Part shown: positions 1-8,586 of the stretch, piece by piece
Position numbering within the stretch: the stretch's first letter is position 1
How the letters are laid out: every line of letters begins with the position of its first letter
Program-made: the position numbers and the translations under genes
Origin: an uncultured Ignavibacterium sp.
GTDB taxonomy: Bacteria > Bacteroidota > Ignavibacteria > Tepidaquicellales > Tepidaquicellaceae
Length of the DNA: 28,467 nucleotides
Direction of reading: 5' to 3'
Assembly: GCA_964602825.1 (NCBI GenBank)
Contig: CAZRSU010000001.1
Coordinates: 8,836 to 37,302, forward strand
The notes under the pieces: model-generated
Databases searched by the model: none
Told to the model about the DNA's origin: nothing
Seen by the model: the letters and a program-made list of their open reading frames with translations, nothing else

Positions 1-34
1 GTTCGTAATTATAATCTTCAATTTTTATGCTCAT
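1..34 (-). CDS. 5' end of a gene running off the window edge (MSIKIEDYNYE...), resembling the N-terminus of QueA
   Basis: ATG at 34-32 on the minus strand, open to the edge; D-Y-x-Y-E resembles the QueA N-terminal 'DF.Y.LP' motif. Only 11 codons are visible. Confidence 0.35.
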   Translation of the reverse strand, partial: MSIKIEDYNYE

Positions 35-125
35 AAATAGCAATATACAAATTGCAAAAAAAACAATGTAGGTGAATCATAAGTCCGCGTCTGCTCTTAA
101 CTATGGGATAAACAAATCTTATGCA

Positions 126-154
126 TTGCAGATTTAAAAATAATGTTTTATTTT
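126..154 (+). promoter_or_regulatory. Candidate sigma70-type promoter for the cold-shock gene (TTGCAG-N17-TATTTT), implying a ~175-nt 5' UTR
   Basis: Hexamer spacing seen in sequence; long 5' UTRs are typical of cspA-type genes. AT-rich context makes chance matches likely. Confidence 0.3.
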
Positions 155-335
155 AAAATCGAAGTACATTGTTTTTGAAAGTAACATTTTAATTGCCCGA
201 CGCTGTAATCATTTTCCAAGAATTCACCAATAAGGTACTTTGAAATTGAATATTGAAGCAGGAGAGATGTAAACCGAAATTTCAGGTACTTTCACTTTGA
301 AATAATTTTACAAAATTTTTAAAGGAGCTCTTTTA

Positions 336-536
336 ATGGAAAAGGGAACTGTTAAGTGGTTCAATAACACAAAGGGCTTTGGCTTTATCTCTAGAGAAGA
401 AGCACCGGACGTATTTGTTCATTACAAAGCAATAATTACGGAAGGATACAAATCGCTGAACGAAGGCGATACAGTAGAGTTCGAAGTTGAAGATGGACCA
501 AAAGGACCACAAGCAGCCAATGTTAAGAAAGTATAA
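336..536 (+). CDS. cspA: Cold-shock protein (CSD, CspA family)
   Basis: 66 aa; GTVKWFN, RNP1 KGFGFI, RNP2 [22 protein letters not shown]; AAGGAG RBS upstream. Confidence 0.97.
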   Translation: MEKGTVKWFNNTKGFGFISREEAPDVFVHYKAIITEGYKSLNEGDTVEFEVEDGPKGPQAANVKKV

Positions 537-555
537 TACAACTTTTTTTTTATTG

Positions 556-589
556 AAAAGCGGAGACCGTAAAACTCCGCTTTTTTTTT
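556..589 (+). terminator. Intrinsic terminator of cspA
   Basis: AAAAGCGGAG-accgtaaaa-CTCCGC followed by T9; the A-run on the left side allows bidirectional use. Confidence 0.85.
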
Positions 590-676
590 GCATCATTCCG
601 TATTTTATTTGTCGATAGTTTCTAATGGTGAACCATTTTTCCCCTATAATCAATTCAAAATTATTGAATTCATATT

Positions 677-702
677 CTACAAACGTATTATGCCTGCGGC
701 AT
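677..702 (-). repeat. Solo REP-like unit of the ATGCCGTAGGCAT family
   Basis: ctacaaacgtattATGCCTGCGGCAT, matching the array units at 9714-9925 and 20836-21075. Confidence 0.7.
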
Positions 703-740
703 AATCTATTAATTTCTTCATCTCATTTTAATTTTTAATC

Positions 741-1022
741 AAACAGAATTGCCACGCCATTTATGGCGCTTCTATATAAATTTTCTTAAATAAACAGAAT
801 TGCCACGCCATATAGAGGCTGTGTGAAAATTAAGTTTTTTAATGTAAAAATGTTAAGTCAAAAATTTAAACTAATTGTTTTATAAGTGTGCGTGCCGACG
901 CTCCCGACAAGTCGGGATAAATTCCGCATCGGCACGAGGGTTTTTTGGCTTGTTTTCACACAGCCTCTCTATGGCGTGTATTTATGAATGACATTCTCCT
1001 ATACTTCAGGGCTTCAGCCCTT
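741..1022. repeat. REP-like element (CCACGCCAT-NN-ATGGCGTGG ... GGGCTTCAGCCC): one partial copy at 741-768 and one full copy at 792-1022 interrupted by a MITE
   Basis: AAACAGAATTGCCACGCCAT at 741 and 792; an uninterrupted homolog lies in reverse orientation at 28261-28332. Confidence 0.8.
815..967. mobile_element. 153-bp MITE with perfect 15-bp terminal inverted repeats (IS5/IS1182-like ends, inferred)
   Basis: GAGGCTGTGTGAAAA (815-829) and TTTTCACACAGCCTC (953-967); flanks TATA/TCTA fit a 4-bp TSD with one mismatch; no ORF; inserted at the centre of a REP palindrome. Confidence 0.8.
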
Positions 1023-1078
1023 CACTTTACACATCACATTTTACATTTCACATTGATATGGCATTAACACGAATTGTC

Positions 1079-1107
1079 TTTACTTTCTAATAAAAACCAT
1101 ATATATT
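1079..1107 (+). promoter_or_regulatory. Candidate promoter for dinB (TTTACT-N17-TATATT)
   Basis: Hexamers with a 17-bp spacer; the same TTTACT -35 occurs at 2473. Confidence 0.45.
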
Positions 1108-1138
1108 TATGGTATAAAATAATAAGCCATTTAATTAT

Positions 1139-2437
1139 ATGGAAAAGCCAAGTTCATTTTTCTTTATAAGCAGGGAAGGGGATTCGTATTCGGAGACATT
1201 CAAGCGCGTCAGGATGATGCCGCTTTACTCCTTTCCGCATTTCAAGGAATTAAATCCCCTTCAGAGAAACCGCGGGACGAGATATTTTCTTCATCTGGAT
1301 TTTGATGCCTTTTACGCGCAGGTGGAGCAGCGCGACAATCCGAAACTTCGCGGCAAACCCGTTGCTGTGGGCTCGAGTCCCGGCGGTAAAGGCATTGTGA
1401 TGACTGCTTCGTATGAAGCACGCGCGCTCGGGGTGGAAACCGGAAGCAGTATGTACGAAGCAAAAAAAATCTGTCCGTCTCTGATTGACCTGCCGTGTTA
1501 CGGCACAAAATACGAGAGCATTCTGCAGAATATTCAGAACGAACTCAAACAGTTTGTTCCGGAAGAATTTATAGAGCAGTACAGCATTGACGAATGCTTT
1601 CTCGACCTAACGCCCGTGGTGAAGGACTGGGAAGATGCCCGCCGCACAGCGTCTTTCATCAAATTCCGAATACTCGAAATCGAAAATCTCACGGCGTCAA
1701 TCGGATGTTCCTGGAATAAAACTTACGCTAAAATTGCAACAAAACTTCAGAAGCCAAACGGGCTGACGGTGATAACTCCGGAAGACAAAGCGCGCATATA
1801 TGCGCTGCCCGTGAAAAAGATGTGGGGCATCGGCACGAGAATTGAGCGGCGGCTTTCGCTATTCGGAATCAAAACCATCGGCGACCTTGCAGAGTTCGAT
1901 GAATACGTGCTTAAGCGTGAGTTTGGAATAAACGGAATTGTATTCAGAAAACTCGCGCGCGGCGAAGACACATCGGGGATTTTCCGTAAGCAGCAGCCGG
2001 AAAAATGCCTCTCTCATCAGCATTCGATGTCGCAGGCGATTTATAAAGCCGCAGATATGCAGAGTGAAATCCGCCGCATTTCGGAATACATCTGCCGCAA
2101 ACTCCGGGACAAGGAACTCGTTGCTGGCGGAATGTTCCTGACGCTGCGGTACGAAAATCTGCGTTACGCGGGAGACGACATAAAACTGCGCACATACACT
2201 AATGATGACAGGGAAATTTACGAGCACGCGCTTGAACTCTTCAGCCGCTTTCCGAAGCCGCGAAAGAGTCTGCGCGGACGGGCATTCGGCATTGCTGTCT
2301 TTGACCTGCTGAAAGATCCGCGCCGTAATAACCTCGAACTTTTTGAACAGAAAACGAATCTTCCGTATTACGCGCTTGATAAACTTAAATACAAATACGG
2401 CGAAGGCATAATACGCGTGGGGCTGAACAGAGTTTAA
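1139..2437 (+). CDS. dinB: Y-family DNA polymerase (DinB/Pol IV-like); true start may be the ATG at ~1214
   Basis: HLDFDAFYAQVE, ASYEAR..GV, YSIDE catalytic motif, AKIA.K..KPNG, HhH 'MWGIG', little-finger domain, C-terminal clamp-binding-like NLELF. Confidence 0.92.
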   Translation: MEKPSSFFFISREGDSYSETFKRVRMMPLYSFPHFKELNPLQRNRGTRYFLHLDFDAFYAQVEQRDNPKLRGKPVAVGSSPGGKGIVMTASYEARALGVETGSSMYEAKKICPSLIDLPCYGTKYESILQNIQNELKQFVPEEFIEQYSIDECFLDLTPVVKDWEDARRTASFIKFRILEIENLTASIGCSWNKTYAKIATKLQKPNGLTVITPEDKARIYALPVKKMWGIGTRIERRLSLFGIKTIGDLAEFDEYVLKREFGINGIVFRKLARGEDTSGIFRKQQPEKCLSHQHSMSQAIYKAADMQSEIRRISEYICRKLRDKELVAGGMFLTLRYENLRYAGDDIKLRTYTNDDREIYEHALELFSRFPKPRKSLRGRAFGIAVFDLLKDPRRNNLELFEQKTNLPYYALDKLKYKYGEGIIRVGLNRV

Positions 2438-2472
2438 AGGCGTTAAAGTTCCCCGGAAAAAAAATAATATGC

Positions 2473-2501
2473 TTTACTTTTATAATTATCTTATTTAATT
2501 T
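2473..2501 (+). promoter_or_regulatory. Candidate promoter (TTTACT-N17-TAATTT) placing +1 at G2507
   Basis: The predicted start coincides with the first base of the predicted RNA closing stem. Confidence 0.45.
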
Positions 2502-2506
2502 ATAAC

Positions 2507-2645
2507 GGATGAGCCCGGCTGCCTTGCATTGGGCTTAGAATACAATGCAACGAGGTAATCCTCATTAGCCGTCTTCGGACAGCTCATATATGGCGAATTC
2601 ATCGCGTAACTTCTTCGGAAGTAAGCCGGCTCGTCCAATTTTTTT
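2507..2645 (+). ncRNA. Candidate structured ncRNA or cis-regulatory leader, ~130 nt, six-way junction, family not recognised
   Basis: 13-bp closing stem (2507-2520 with 2624-2636), five internal hairpins of which two have cUUCGg loops, then a T7 tract; GC-rich island in AT-rich intergenic DNA. Confidence 0.7.
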
Positions 2646-2695
2646 ATCCGAAAATTTTCATATCAATATAAATCAGGGTTTAGTATTTTATTCTT

Positions 2696-3169
2696 ATGGA
2701 CGACATCAGAACAGGTACAGGCATAGATATACACAGGTTTGCGGATGACCGCAAATTTATTTTAGGCGGCGTGGATATTCCTTATGAAAAAGGGCTTCTC
2801 GGACACTCGGACGCGGATGCGCTCCTGCACGCACTTTGCGATGCACTGCTTGGAGCTGCGGGATTCGAGGACATCGGACATCAGTTCCCCGACACAGATA
2901 TGAAGTACAAGGATATCAGCAGTCTGATTCTTCTGGAAAAAACAATGTCGCTTGTAAAAAGCAGGTCATACAAGGTTATGAATGCAGACTGCACGATAGT
3001 TCTTCAGGCGCCGAAGATTTATAAATACATCCCTGAAATGAAAAAAAATATTTCTGCAATTCTTGATTCGGAAAATATTTCCATCAAAGCAACAACATCG
3101 GAAAATCTGGGATTTACGGGCAGAGGCGAAGGTATTTATTGTATGGCGTCGGTATTAATTTATAAATAA
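2696..3169 (+). CDS. ispF: 2-C-methyl-D-erythritol 2,4-cyclodiphosphate synthase
   Basis: G.D.H (GIDIHRF), HSDADALLHA..DA.LGA, DIG..FPDTD, KATT.E, GRGEG motifs. Confidence 0.97.
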   Translation: MDDIRTGTGIDIHRFADDRKFILGGVDIPYEKGLLGHSDADALLHALCDALLGAAGFEDIGHQFPDTDMKYKDISSLILLEKTMSLVKSRSYKVMNADCTIVLQAPKIYKYIPEMKKNISAILDSENISIKATTSENLGFTGRGEGIYCMASVLIYK

Positions 3170-3172
3170 GCA

Positions 3173-3739
3173 ATGATTGATTTTTTATATCACATAGATG
3201 TACAGGTTTTTTATTTCATAAATGTAATTCTTGCAAATCCGTTAACGGACAAGTTTATGCCGTTTATCACCGAGCGTGAAAACTGGTATATATTTTTTGC
3301 CATAATGTGGTTTGCTATGGTAATCAAGGGAGGCAGGCGCGGCAGAATCGCCGCGGTGATGATGATTCTATGCATCATTGTCAGCGATCAGGTGTCAAGC
3401 ACATTGATAAAGCATCTCGTTATGCGCGAGCGCCCGTGCACAGTACTTCAGGGCGTACACCTGCTTGTACCGTGTCTTAATTCTTTTTCATTTCCGTCTT
3501 CCCATGCGGTGAATCATTTTGCGGGTGCGGTTGTGCTTTCGCATTTCTTCCCCGAATACAGAGTGCCGGTTTACGGAACCAGTTTTATCATCGCACTGTC
3601 ACGGGTTTTTGTCGGCGTTCATTATCCTTCCGATATGATTGGCGGCATCGCGATAGGAATTTTAATAGGAATGTTTCTGATATATCTGTGGAGTCTGGTA
3701 AATAAAGGTCTGAAGATTGATTACAAAAAAAAGAAATAG
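3173..3739 (+). CDS. PAP2-family membrane phosphatase (undecaprenyl-PP or lipid phosphatase-like)
   Basis: K..V.RERP, SFPSSH, SRV.VGVHYPSD motifs; hydrophobic segments. Confidence 0.9.
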   Translation: MIDFLYHIDVQVFYFINVILANPLTDKFMPFITERENWYIFFAIMWFAMVIKGGRRGRIAAVMMILCIIVSDQVSSTLIKHLVMRERPCTVLQGVHLLVPCLNSFSFPSSHAVNHFAGAVVLSHFFPEYRVPVYGTSFIIALSRVFVGVHYPSDMIGGIAIGILIGMFLIYLWSLVNKGLKIDYKKKK

Positions 3740-5369
3740 CATACTGCTCAGCATTGCCTGCGGAATATCCATCGGACTGTCGTTTCCGCCGTTTTATCTA
3801 AGTTACCTGATTTTTGCGGGATACGGACTTCTTGCATTTTTGATTTACACTTCTGAAAATTACAAACAGTTATTCACGCGCACATACCTTGCTTTTTTTG
3901 TGCTTGACCTTGTTGCAATCTCATGGCTGCCGCTTAGCGGAATGCGCGAAAATGCTGACAGGTTTCTGATTCTCGGCGGGGTTGTTACCATCATTCTCCA
4001 CAGCATCACGCTTCAGATTCCCGTATTCCTTTTTTATATTTTCTACCGGCGCGCATCACTCGCTGCAAAGAAAAATTCATACTTGCTTTTTTTACTGTAT
4101 CCGTTTTTTCAGGTTGGATTTGAATACCTGACTACATCGCAGGAGTTCAGTTTCCCCTGGCTAAGCGCAGGTCACGCATTCACAAACGTGCTTGTAAAAA
4201 TTCAGTTCGCCGACATCACGGGTTTATTCGGCGTATCGCTCTGGGCAGTATTTACCGGCATAATGTTTTTCTATTTATACCTCGCGCTTTTTACGGATAT
4301 TATATCCCGCAAAAAAGTTTTGCCGCTTTTAATTTTTACTCTGATATTTTTTATGCTGCCAGATTTGTATAATTATTCAAACAGGTGCAGCGGAAAATAT
4401 TCTGAAAATAAATCAACTGATACTCTGAGGGCGGCAATTATACAGCCGGACATTAATCCGTGGAGTAAGTGGAGTTCCGCACCGAAAGACCTGATGAAGG
4501 AATATATCAGGCAGATTGAGTCGCTCACCGACACTGCAAAGCGTCCCGACATCATCATTCTTCCCGAAACGGCAATGCCTTATTATCTTTTATATCCGGC
4601 TTACAAAGACCGTATGGACGAACTCACACATTTTGTGGATTCGCTGAACATACCGCTGCTGACGGGATTTGTTAACCTCCAGACTTATTCAAATCCGAAG
4701 GACATACGCCCCGATTCTAAAAGATTTTCAGACGGAACGTACTATGATGTTTTCAATTCAGCGCTTCTGATTACAAAAAATAAACTTCAGATTTATAATA
4801 AAATCAAACTGGTTGTCGCAAGCGAGAGAATGCCGTATCAGGAAAAAATTCCTTTCATCAGAAATCTGGTTAACTGGAGCGTCGGCATAAGCGCATTCCA
4901 GACGGGCAAAGACACAACGGTATTTTCCGTTGATAATAAGTTTAAATTCAATACCGCAATTTGCTATGAATCGGTTTATCCCGAATTTTTTTCGCAATTT
5001 ATAAAACGCGGCTCGCAGGCCGGCGTGGTGATTACAAATGACGGATGGTGGGGAAAACTTGCGGGCACATACCAGCATAACCGCTATGCGGTTTTCAGGG
5101 CGGTGGAAAACAGGAAATGGATTTTAAGGTGCGGAAATACGGGCATCTCGGGGAGCATTGACCCGTACGGAAATTTGTATTCGCAGAGCGAAGTTAATGA
5201 AAAAGAAAATTTGCTTGTGAACTTCGGAACGGGCTCGCCGTCAATGACATTTTACACTATGCACGGGGATTACATCGGCAGATTCAGCCTATGCCTGATG
5301 CTGGCTCTTGCGGTGATATCGCTGATTATAAAATTTGTTTTGCTGCTTTTTAAAAAGAAATCATCATAA
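3717..5369 (+). CDS. lnt: Apolipoprotein N-acyltransferase (TTG start)
   Basis: N-terminal TM bundle plus nitrilase domain with catalytic E (LPETA), K (YNKIKLV), C (ICYES); NDGWW; R.VEN..W..R..NTGIS. Confidence 0.93.
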   Translation: MITKKRNSILLSIACGISIGLSFPPFYLSYLIFAGYGLLAFLIYTSENYKQLFTRTYLAFFVLDLVAISWLPLSGMRENADRFLILGGVVTIILHSITLQIPVFLFYIFYRRASLAAKKNSYLLFLLYPFFQVGFEYLTTSQEFSFPWLSAGHAFTNVLVKIQFADITGLFGVSLWAVFTGIMFFYLYLALFTDIISRKKVLPLLIFTLIFFMLPDLYNYSNRCSGKYSENKSTDTLRAAIIQPDINPWSKWSSAPKDLMKEYIRQIESLTDTAKRPDIIILPETAMPYYLLYPAYKDRMDELTHFVDSLNIPLLTGFVNLQTYSNPKDIRPDSKRFSDGTYYDVFNSALLITKNKLQIYNKIKLVVASERMPYQEKIPFIRNLVNWSVGISAFQTGKDTTVFSVDNKFKFNTAICYESVYPEFFSQFIKRGSQAGVVITNDGWWGKLAGTYQHNRYAVFRAVENRKWILRCGNTGISGSIDPYGNLYSQSEVNEKENLLVNFGTGSPSMTFYTMHGDYIGRFSLCLMLALAVISLIIKFVLLLFKKKSS

Positions 5370-7046
5370 CTTCGAAAAAATATCATCCATACTTTTCGGA
5401 AAATCGTCATCATCTTTTTCGCTGCTTTCGTGTTTAGATTTATTGCCCGAAAAATCGCCGAGGTCTATATCATCATCCCATATATCAAGGTTTGACATAT
5501 CGCTTTCGGGAGGTATTATATTTACGGGCGGTTTAATTTCTTCTTCAGGTTTTATCTGCGGTGCAGGCGGTTTCATTACGGGAACAGGAGCATCCGATTT
5601 TATAAGCCTTTCGAATTCTTCTTCGATTTTTCTGCGCTCTTCTTCGAATTTCCTTATAGTTTCATTGTACTTTTCCTCCAGTTTATTCTTTTCTTCTGCA
5701 GTCTGGTCTTCCAGTGAAAAATCCGGCATGGATAATTGTTCGGGTTTCTGCTCGTTCTGCTCTAAAGGTTTTGAATACGATTCAAATTTTATCTTCGGCG
5801 GAATATTTCCCTTTCCCGAAAGATAATTTTCAAAATCTTCCCTTTCTTTTGCGAAACGCTCTTCACTTTTCCTGTATTCCTCTTCAAATAATTTCTCTTC
5901 GATTGACAGTTCTTCTTCAAGGGATTTCGGCTGCTCAGTCACTTTTTCTTCCGTGATATTCTCAACCGGCGCGGGCTCAGCAGCGGTCTGCTGCGGTTCG
6001 CGCTCAACGATAGGCTGCTGCGGTTCTGGTTCAACAAATGTACGCGGCGGCTCGGAAACCACAACCGGTTCCGGTTCCTTCCGTATAATAACAGGCGCCG
6101 GAACTTCCGGCTCTGTGGATATGAAGGGCTCTGTAATTTCTTTATGTGATACTTCTTTAACGGGTTCTTTGATTACCTGAGGTTCAACCTTGAAATCAAA
6201 ATCTTCAAACACTGAAATTGGTTCATCAATCGGAAGTGAATCGGTTTCATATTCGGGAATATACACAGGTTCGACTTTCATCCACGGCTCTGCAGCAGAT
6301 TCGGTCTTCTTTTTCTCGGGCGGGCGCACAGGCGCGGGCGGGGTTTCAGGCTGGGGAGGAATTTCAGGTGCGATGACCGGAATTATTTCAGGAGGGACAT
6401 ATTCGGGTACCGGCGGAATAAACTGCGGTTCAGGCGGAAATATTTCTTCAGGTTTTTCCTCCGGCTCCGTAATTTTTTCTTCGGGAATTATTTTCTGCTC
6501 TTCATCTTCTTCCGGTTTTTCAAAAAACTTTACAATTGACTGCTTAAGGTCATTGAAATTGAAATTAACTTCCTTTGCAAATTTACGGGCAGGCGAAAAT
6601 TTTATTTTGTCATTTTTGATTCTGAATTTTCCGAATTCCGCAATATTAACATTCTTGCCCTTAAGAATTGCTTTCGAAATTTCGCGGAAAAGAGACACAT
6701 AATATTCGTAAACTTTGTCCTCGGATATCGAAAGTTCGGCGGCGGCTGACTTAACTATTTCCAGCCCCGAAAATTCTTTTCTTTCATCAGCTTTTTCACC
6801 CTGAAATACAAAAACGATTTTATCCTTCGGAGGTATTAAAACAAGAGCATTTAATTTGTAATCTTCCCTTGTTTCCATTCTTCGCCGCTGAACGGCAAAT
6901 TCGCCGAGATAATCCGCAAAAAAATATTTTTGCTCCGTTATCCTGTCTTTTATCTGATTAATGATATAATCAAATACCATTTCACAGAGATGCCTGCTGA
7001 TTCGTGCATCCTTGTTAGCCTTATTGATAAGACTGTATTTATTCAT
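5364..7046 (-). CDS. Protein with two N-terminal HU/IHF-like (HU-CCDC81-like) domains and a long Pro/Glu-rich acidic disordered tail
   Basis: Two helix-helix-beta segments with 'LGEF.V' and 'FGKF.I' HU-like motifs; ATG at 7046 overlaps the upstream stop (ATGAATAA) and is preferred over 7073. Confidence 0.65.
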   Translation of the reverse strand: MNKYSLINKANKDARISRHLCEMVFDYIINQIKDRITEQKYFFADYLGEFAVQRRRMETREDYKLNALVLIPPKDKIVFVFQGEKADERKEFSGLEIVKSAAAELSISEDKVYEYYVSLFREISKAILKGKNVNIAEFGKFRIKNDKIKFSPARKFAKEVNFNFNDLKQSIVKFFEKPEEDEEQKIIPEEKITEPEEKPEEIFPPEPQFIPPVPEYVPPEIIPVIAPEIPPQPETPPAPVRPPEKKKTESAAEPWMKVEPVYIPEYETDSLPIDEPISVFEDFDFKVEPQVIKEPVKEVSHKEITEPFISTEPEVPAPVIIRKEPEPVVVSEPPRTFVEPEPQQPIVEREPQQTAAEPAPVENITEEKVTEQPKSLEEELSIEEKLFEEEYRKSEERFAKEREDFENYLSGKGNIPPKIKFESYSKPLEQNEQKPEQLSMPDFSLEDQTAEEKNKLEEKYNETIRKFEEERRKIEEEFERLIKSDAPVPVMKPPAPQIKPEEEIKPPVNIIPPESDMSNLDIWDDDIDLGDFSGNKSKHESSEKDDDDFPKSMDDIFSKL

Positions 7047-8415
7047 TATTGTAAATTTTGATAACTGAATCAATTTCGTTTAAAGATTCATATCTCCCGA
7101 AACGAACCTTATACACAGTTCCCTTTACAGAATCCTGTACGTCCAGTATATTTACATCAAAACCCATATTTTCAAGTGCGCTTGCTCTGGCATCCGCCGC
7201 CTGTTTATCCCTGAATGAACCTGCCTGCACGCATAACCCGCTGTCAATGCGGACAACCATCATACCCGCAGATTTGAGCGATGAATCAAGCCCGGCAGGA
7301 ATCGTAAGCGCAGTGGCGTCGGATAATTTTTCATTTAACACATTTTCATTTTTCACCGGTGCGGCAGCCTGCTGCTGCGGCCTTCTGGAAATTACCAGAG
7401 AATAATAAACTCCGTATATTATAAGAAAAATAAATGCAACAAGTAACGCCAGAATTAATATATTTTTGAATATCGTAGGCTTGCCTTTGGACTCTTGCAG
7501 ATAAATATTTGCAAGTTTCTGAGCGGGCTTATCCGACACGAAATGCGGCGGCTGTTGCTTATGTTCTTCCTGCTGCGGATAAATCACTCCCTCGATTTCA
7601 TAATGCAGGCGCTTTAACTCCTCGGGAATTTCCACCTTTGCAATTTCATTTTCAAGTTCAATTTGTTCTGCAGTATGAATATTTTCTTCTTTACCGGTAT
7701 CCGCTAAAATATTTTTATTAAAAATTTTGTCTATAGAAAAATCCGGAATATCATCAGGTTTTGGCTGCGGCGCGGTCTTCTTCTGCAGAAGTGAATTAGC
7801 CGTATCCCAGTCCTGACGGGCTTTTGCGGAATCGCCCAGCAATTTCTGATAAACATTTCCGCGGTTGTGATATGCCTGCGCATAATCCGGCTTAAGGTTT
7901 ATCGCTGAAGTAAAGTCCGCAAGCGCTTCATTCGCTTTTGATAAATACATATAGCAGATTCCGCGCGCATTAAATGCTGCGGCGCTGCCGGGTTCGATGG
8001 TTACGGCACGCTCCGCGTCTGCAAGTGCCTCGCTGTATTTTTTCAGATTGCGGTATGCCTTTGACCGCTGAATGTATGCTTCGTGATTTAAGGGTTCGGA
8101 ATTTATTGCACGGGAAAAATCCGAGAGAGCGTCTCCGGGTTTATTCTGCTTTGATTTGCATAACCCTGACTTAGTGAATAATATTGATAAAAATTTTTCG
8201 CTTCCCTGCTGGTTTTTATCCGCAAAATCAATTGCAGAAGTGTATGAATCAATCGCTGCATCAAGGTCATTCAGTCCGTAATAGCAGTCTCCCCGCAATT
8301 CAAATGCTTCGGAGTTTCCAGGATTTTCCTGAATTAATTTGTTGCAGAGTTTGAGGGCGTTTTCGAAGCGGTGTAAACGGATTTCAGAAAAAATTTCATC
8401 AATTGATTTTGTCAT
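7039..8415 (-). CDS. TPR-repeat, single-TM, SPOR-domain protein (septal peptidoglycan-binding candidate)
   Basis: Several TPRs (A...RG..Y..L.....A..D...AI), hydrophobic TM ILILALLVAFIFLIIYGVYY, C-terminal SPOR motif VQAGSF....A...A..L...G......YKVRFG.Y. Confidence 0.85.
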   Translation of the reverse strand: MTKSIDEIFSEIRLHRFENALKLCNKLIQENPGNSEAFELRGDCYYGLNDLDAAIDSYTSAIDFADKNQQGSEKFLSILFTKSGLCKSKQNKPGDALSDFSRAINSEPLNHEAYIQRSKAYRNLKKYSEALADAERAVTIEPGSAAAFNARGICYMYLSKANEALADFTSAINLKPDYAQAYHNRGNVYQKLLGDSAKARQDWDTANSLLQKKTAPQPKPDDIPDFSIDKIFNKNILADTGKEENIHTAEQIELENEIAKVEIPEELKRLHYEIEGVIYPQQEEHKQQPPHFVSDKPAQKLANIYLQESKGKPTIFKNILILALLVAFIFLIIYGVYYSLVISRRPQQQAAAPVKNENVLNEKLSDATALTIPAGLDSSLKSAGMMVVRIDSGLCVQAGSFRDKQAADARASALENMGFDVNILDVQDSVKGTVYKVRFGRYESLNEIDSVIKIYNNE

Positions 8416-8499
8416 TTCAAAGTAGAATTATTCTTATAATTTTAATTTAATTTATTTTATATCAAATTTAAAGGATTTTATTCATTGCCCACCGCACAT

Positions 8500-8528
8500 T
8501 TGACGGAAAAACAAGCCGCCCTTATAGT
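8500..8528 (+). promoter_or_regulatory. Sigma70-type promoter (TTGACG-N17-TATAGT) for the metallophosphoesterase
   Basis: Near-consensus hexamers with 17-bp spacer, ~58 bp upstream of the TTG start. Confidence 0.65.
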
Positions 8529-8586
8529 ATGAAATTGAATATTAATAAATTCAAAATATAATTACTTTAACGGAAAGTTTAATAAA

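Noticed and set aside
176-294. Direct repeat AGGTACTTT (233, 284) and possible pairing of TGAAAGTA with TACTTTCA in the cspA leader
   Set aside because: Short and AT-rich, so plausibly chance; cspA leader structure is already a known theme.
1139-1213. SOS (LexA) box or imuABC cassette for dinB
   Set aside because: No CTGT-N8-ACAG or GAAC-N4-GTTC seen; only a near miss to GGA-N5-TCC (GGAGACATTCA); no imuA, dnaE2 or lexA nearby.
2507-2637. tRNA, tRNA-Sec, SRP or 6S identity for the structured RNA
   Set aside because: It ends in CCA, but is too long for a tRNA and lacks a T-loop and anticodon arm; the SRP motif is absent; the multibranch fold does not fit the 6S rod. Left unassigned.
5364-5369. 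Six-nt convergent overlap of the lnt and HU-like stop codons
   Set aside because: A common compact arrangement; nothing further supports a regulatory role.
5335-6702. Plus-strand ORFs antisense to the HU-like gene (5335-5826, 5953-6180, 6190-6702)
   Set aside because: Ser/Gly/Phe-rich antisense shadows of a low-complexity Glu/Pro-rich gene.
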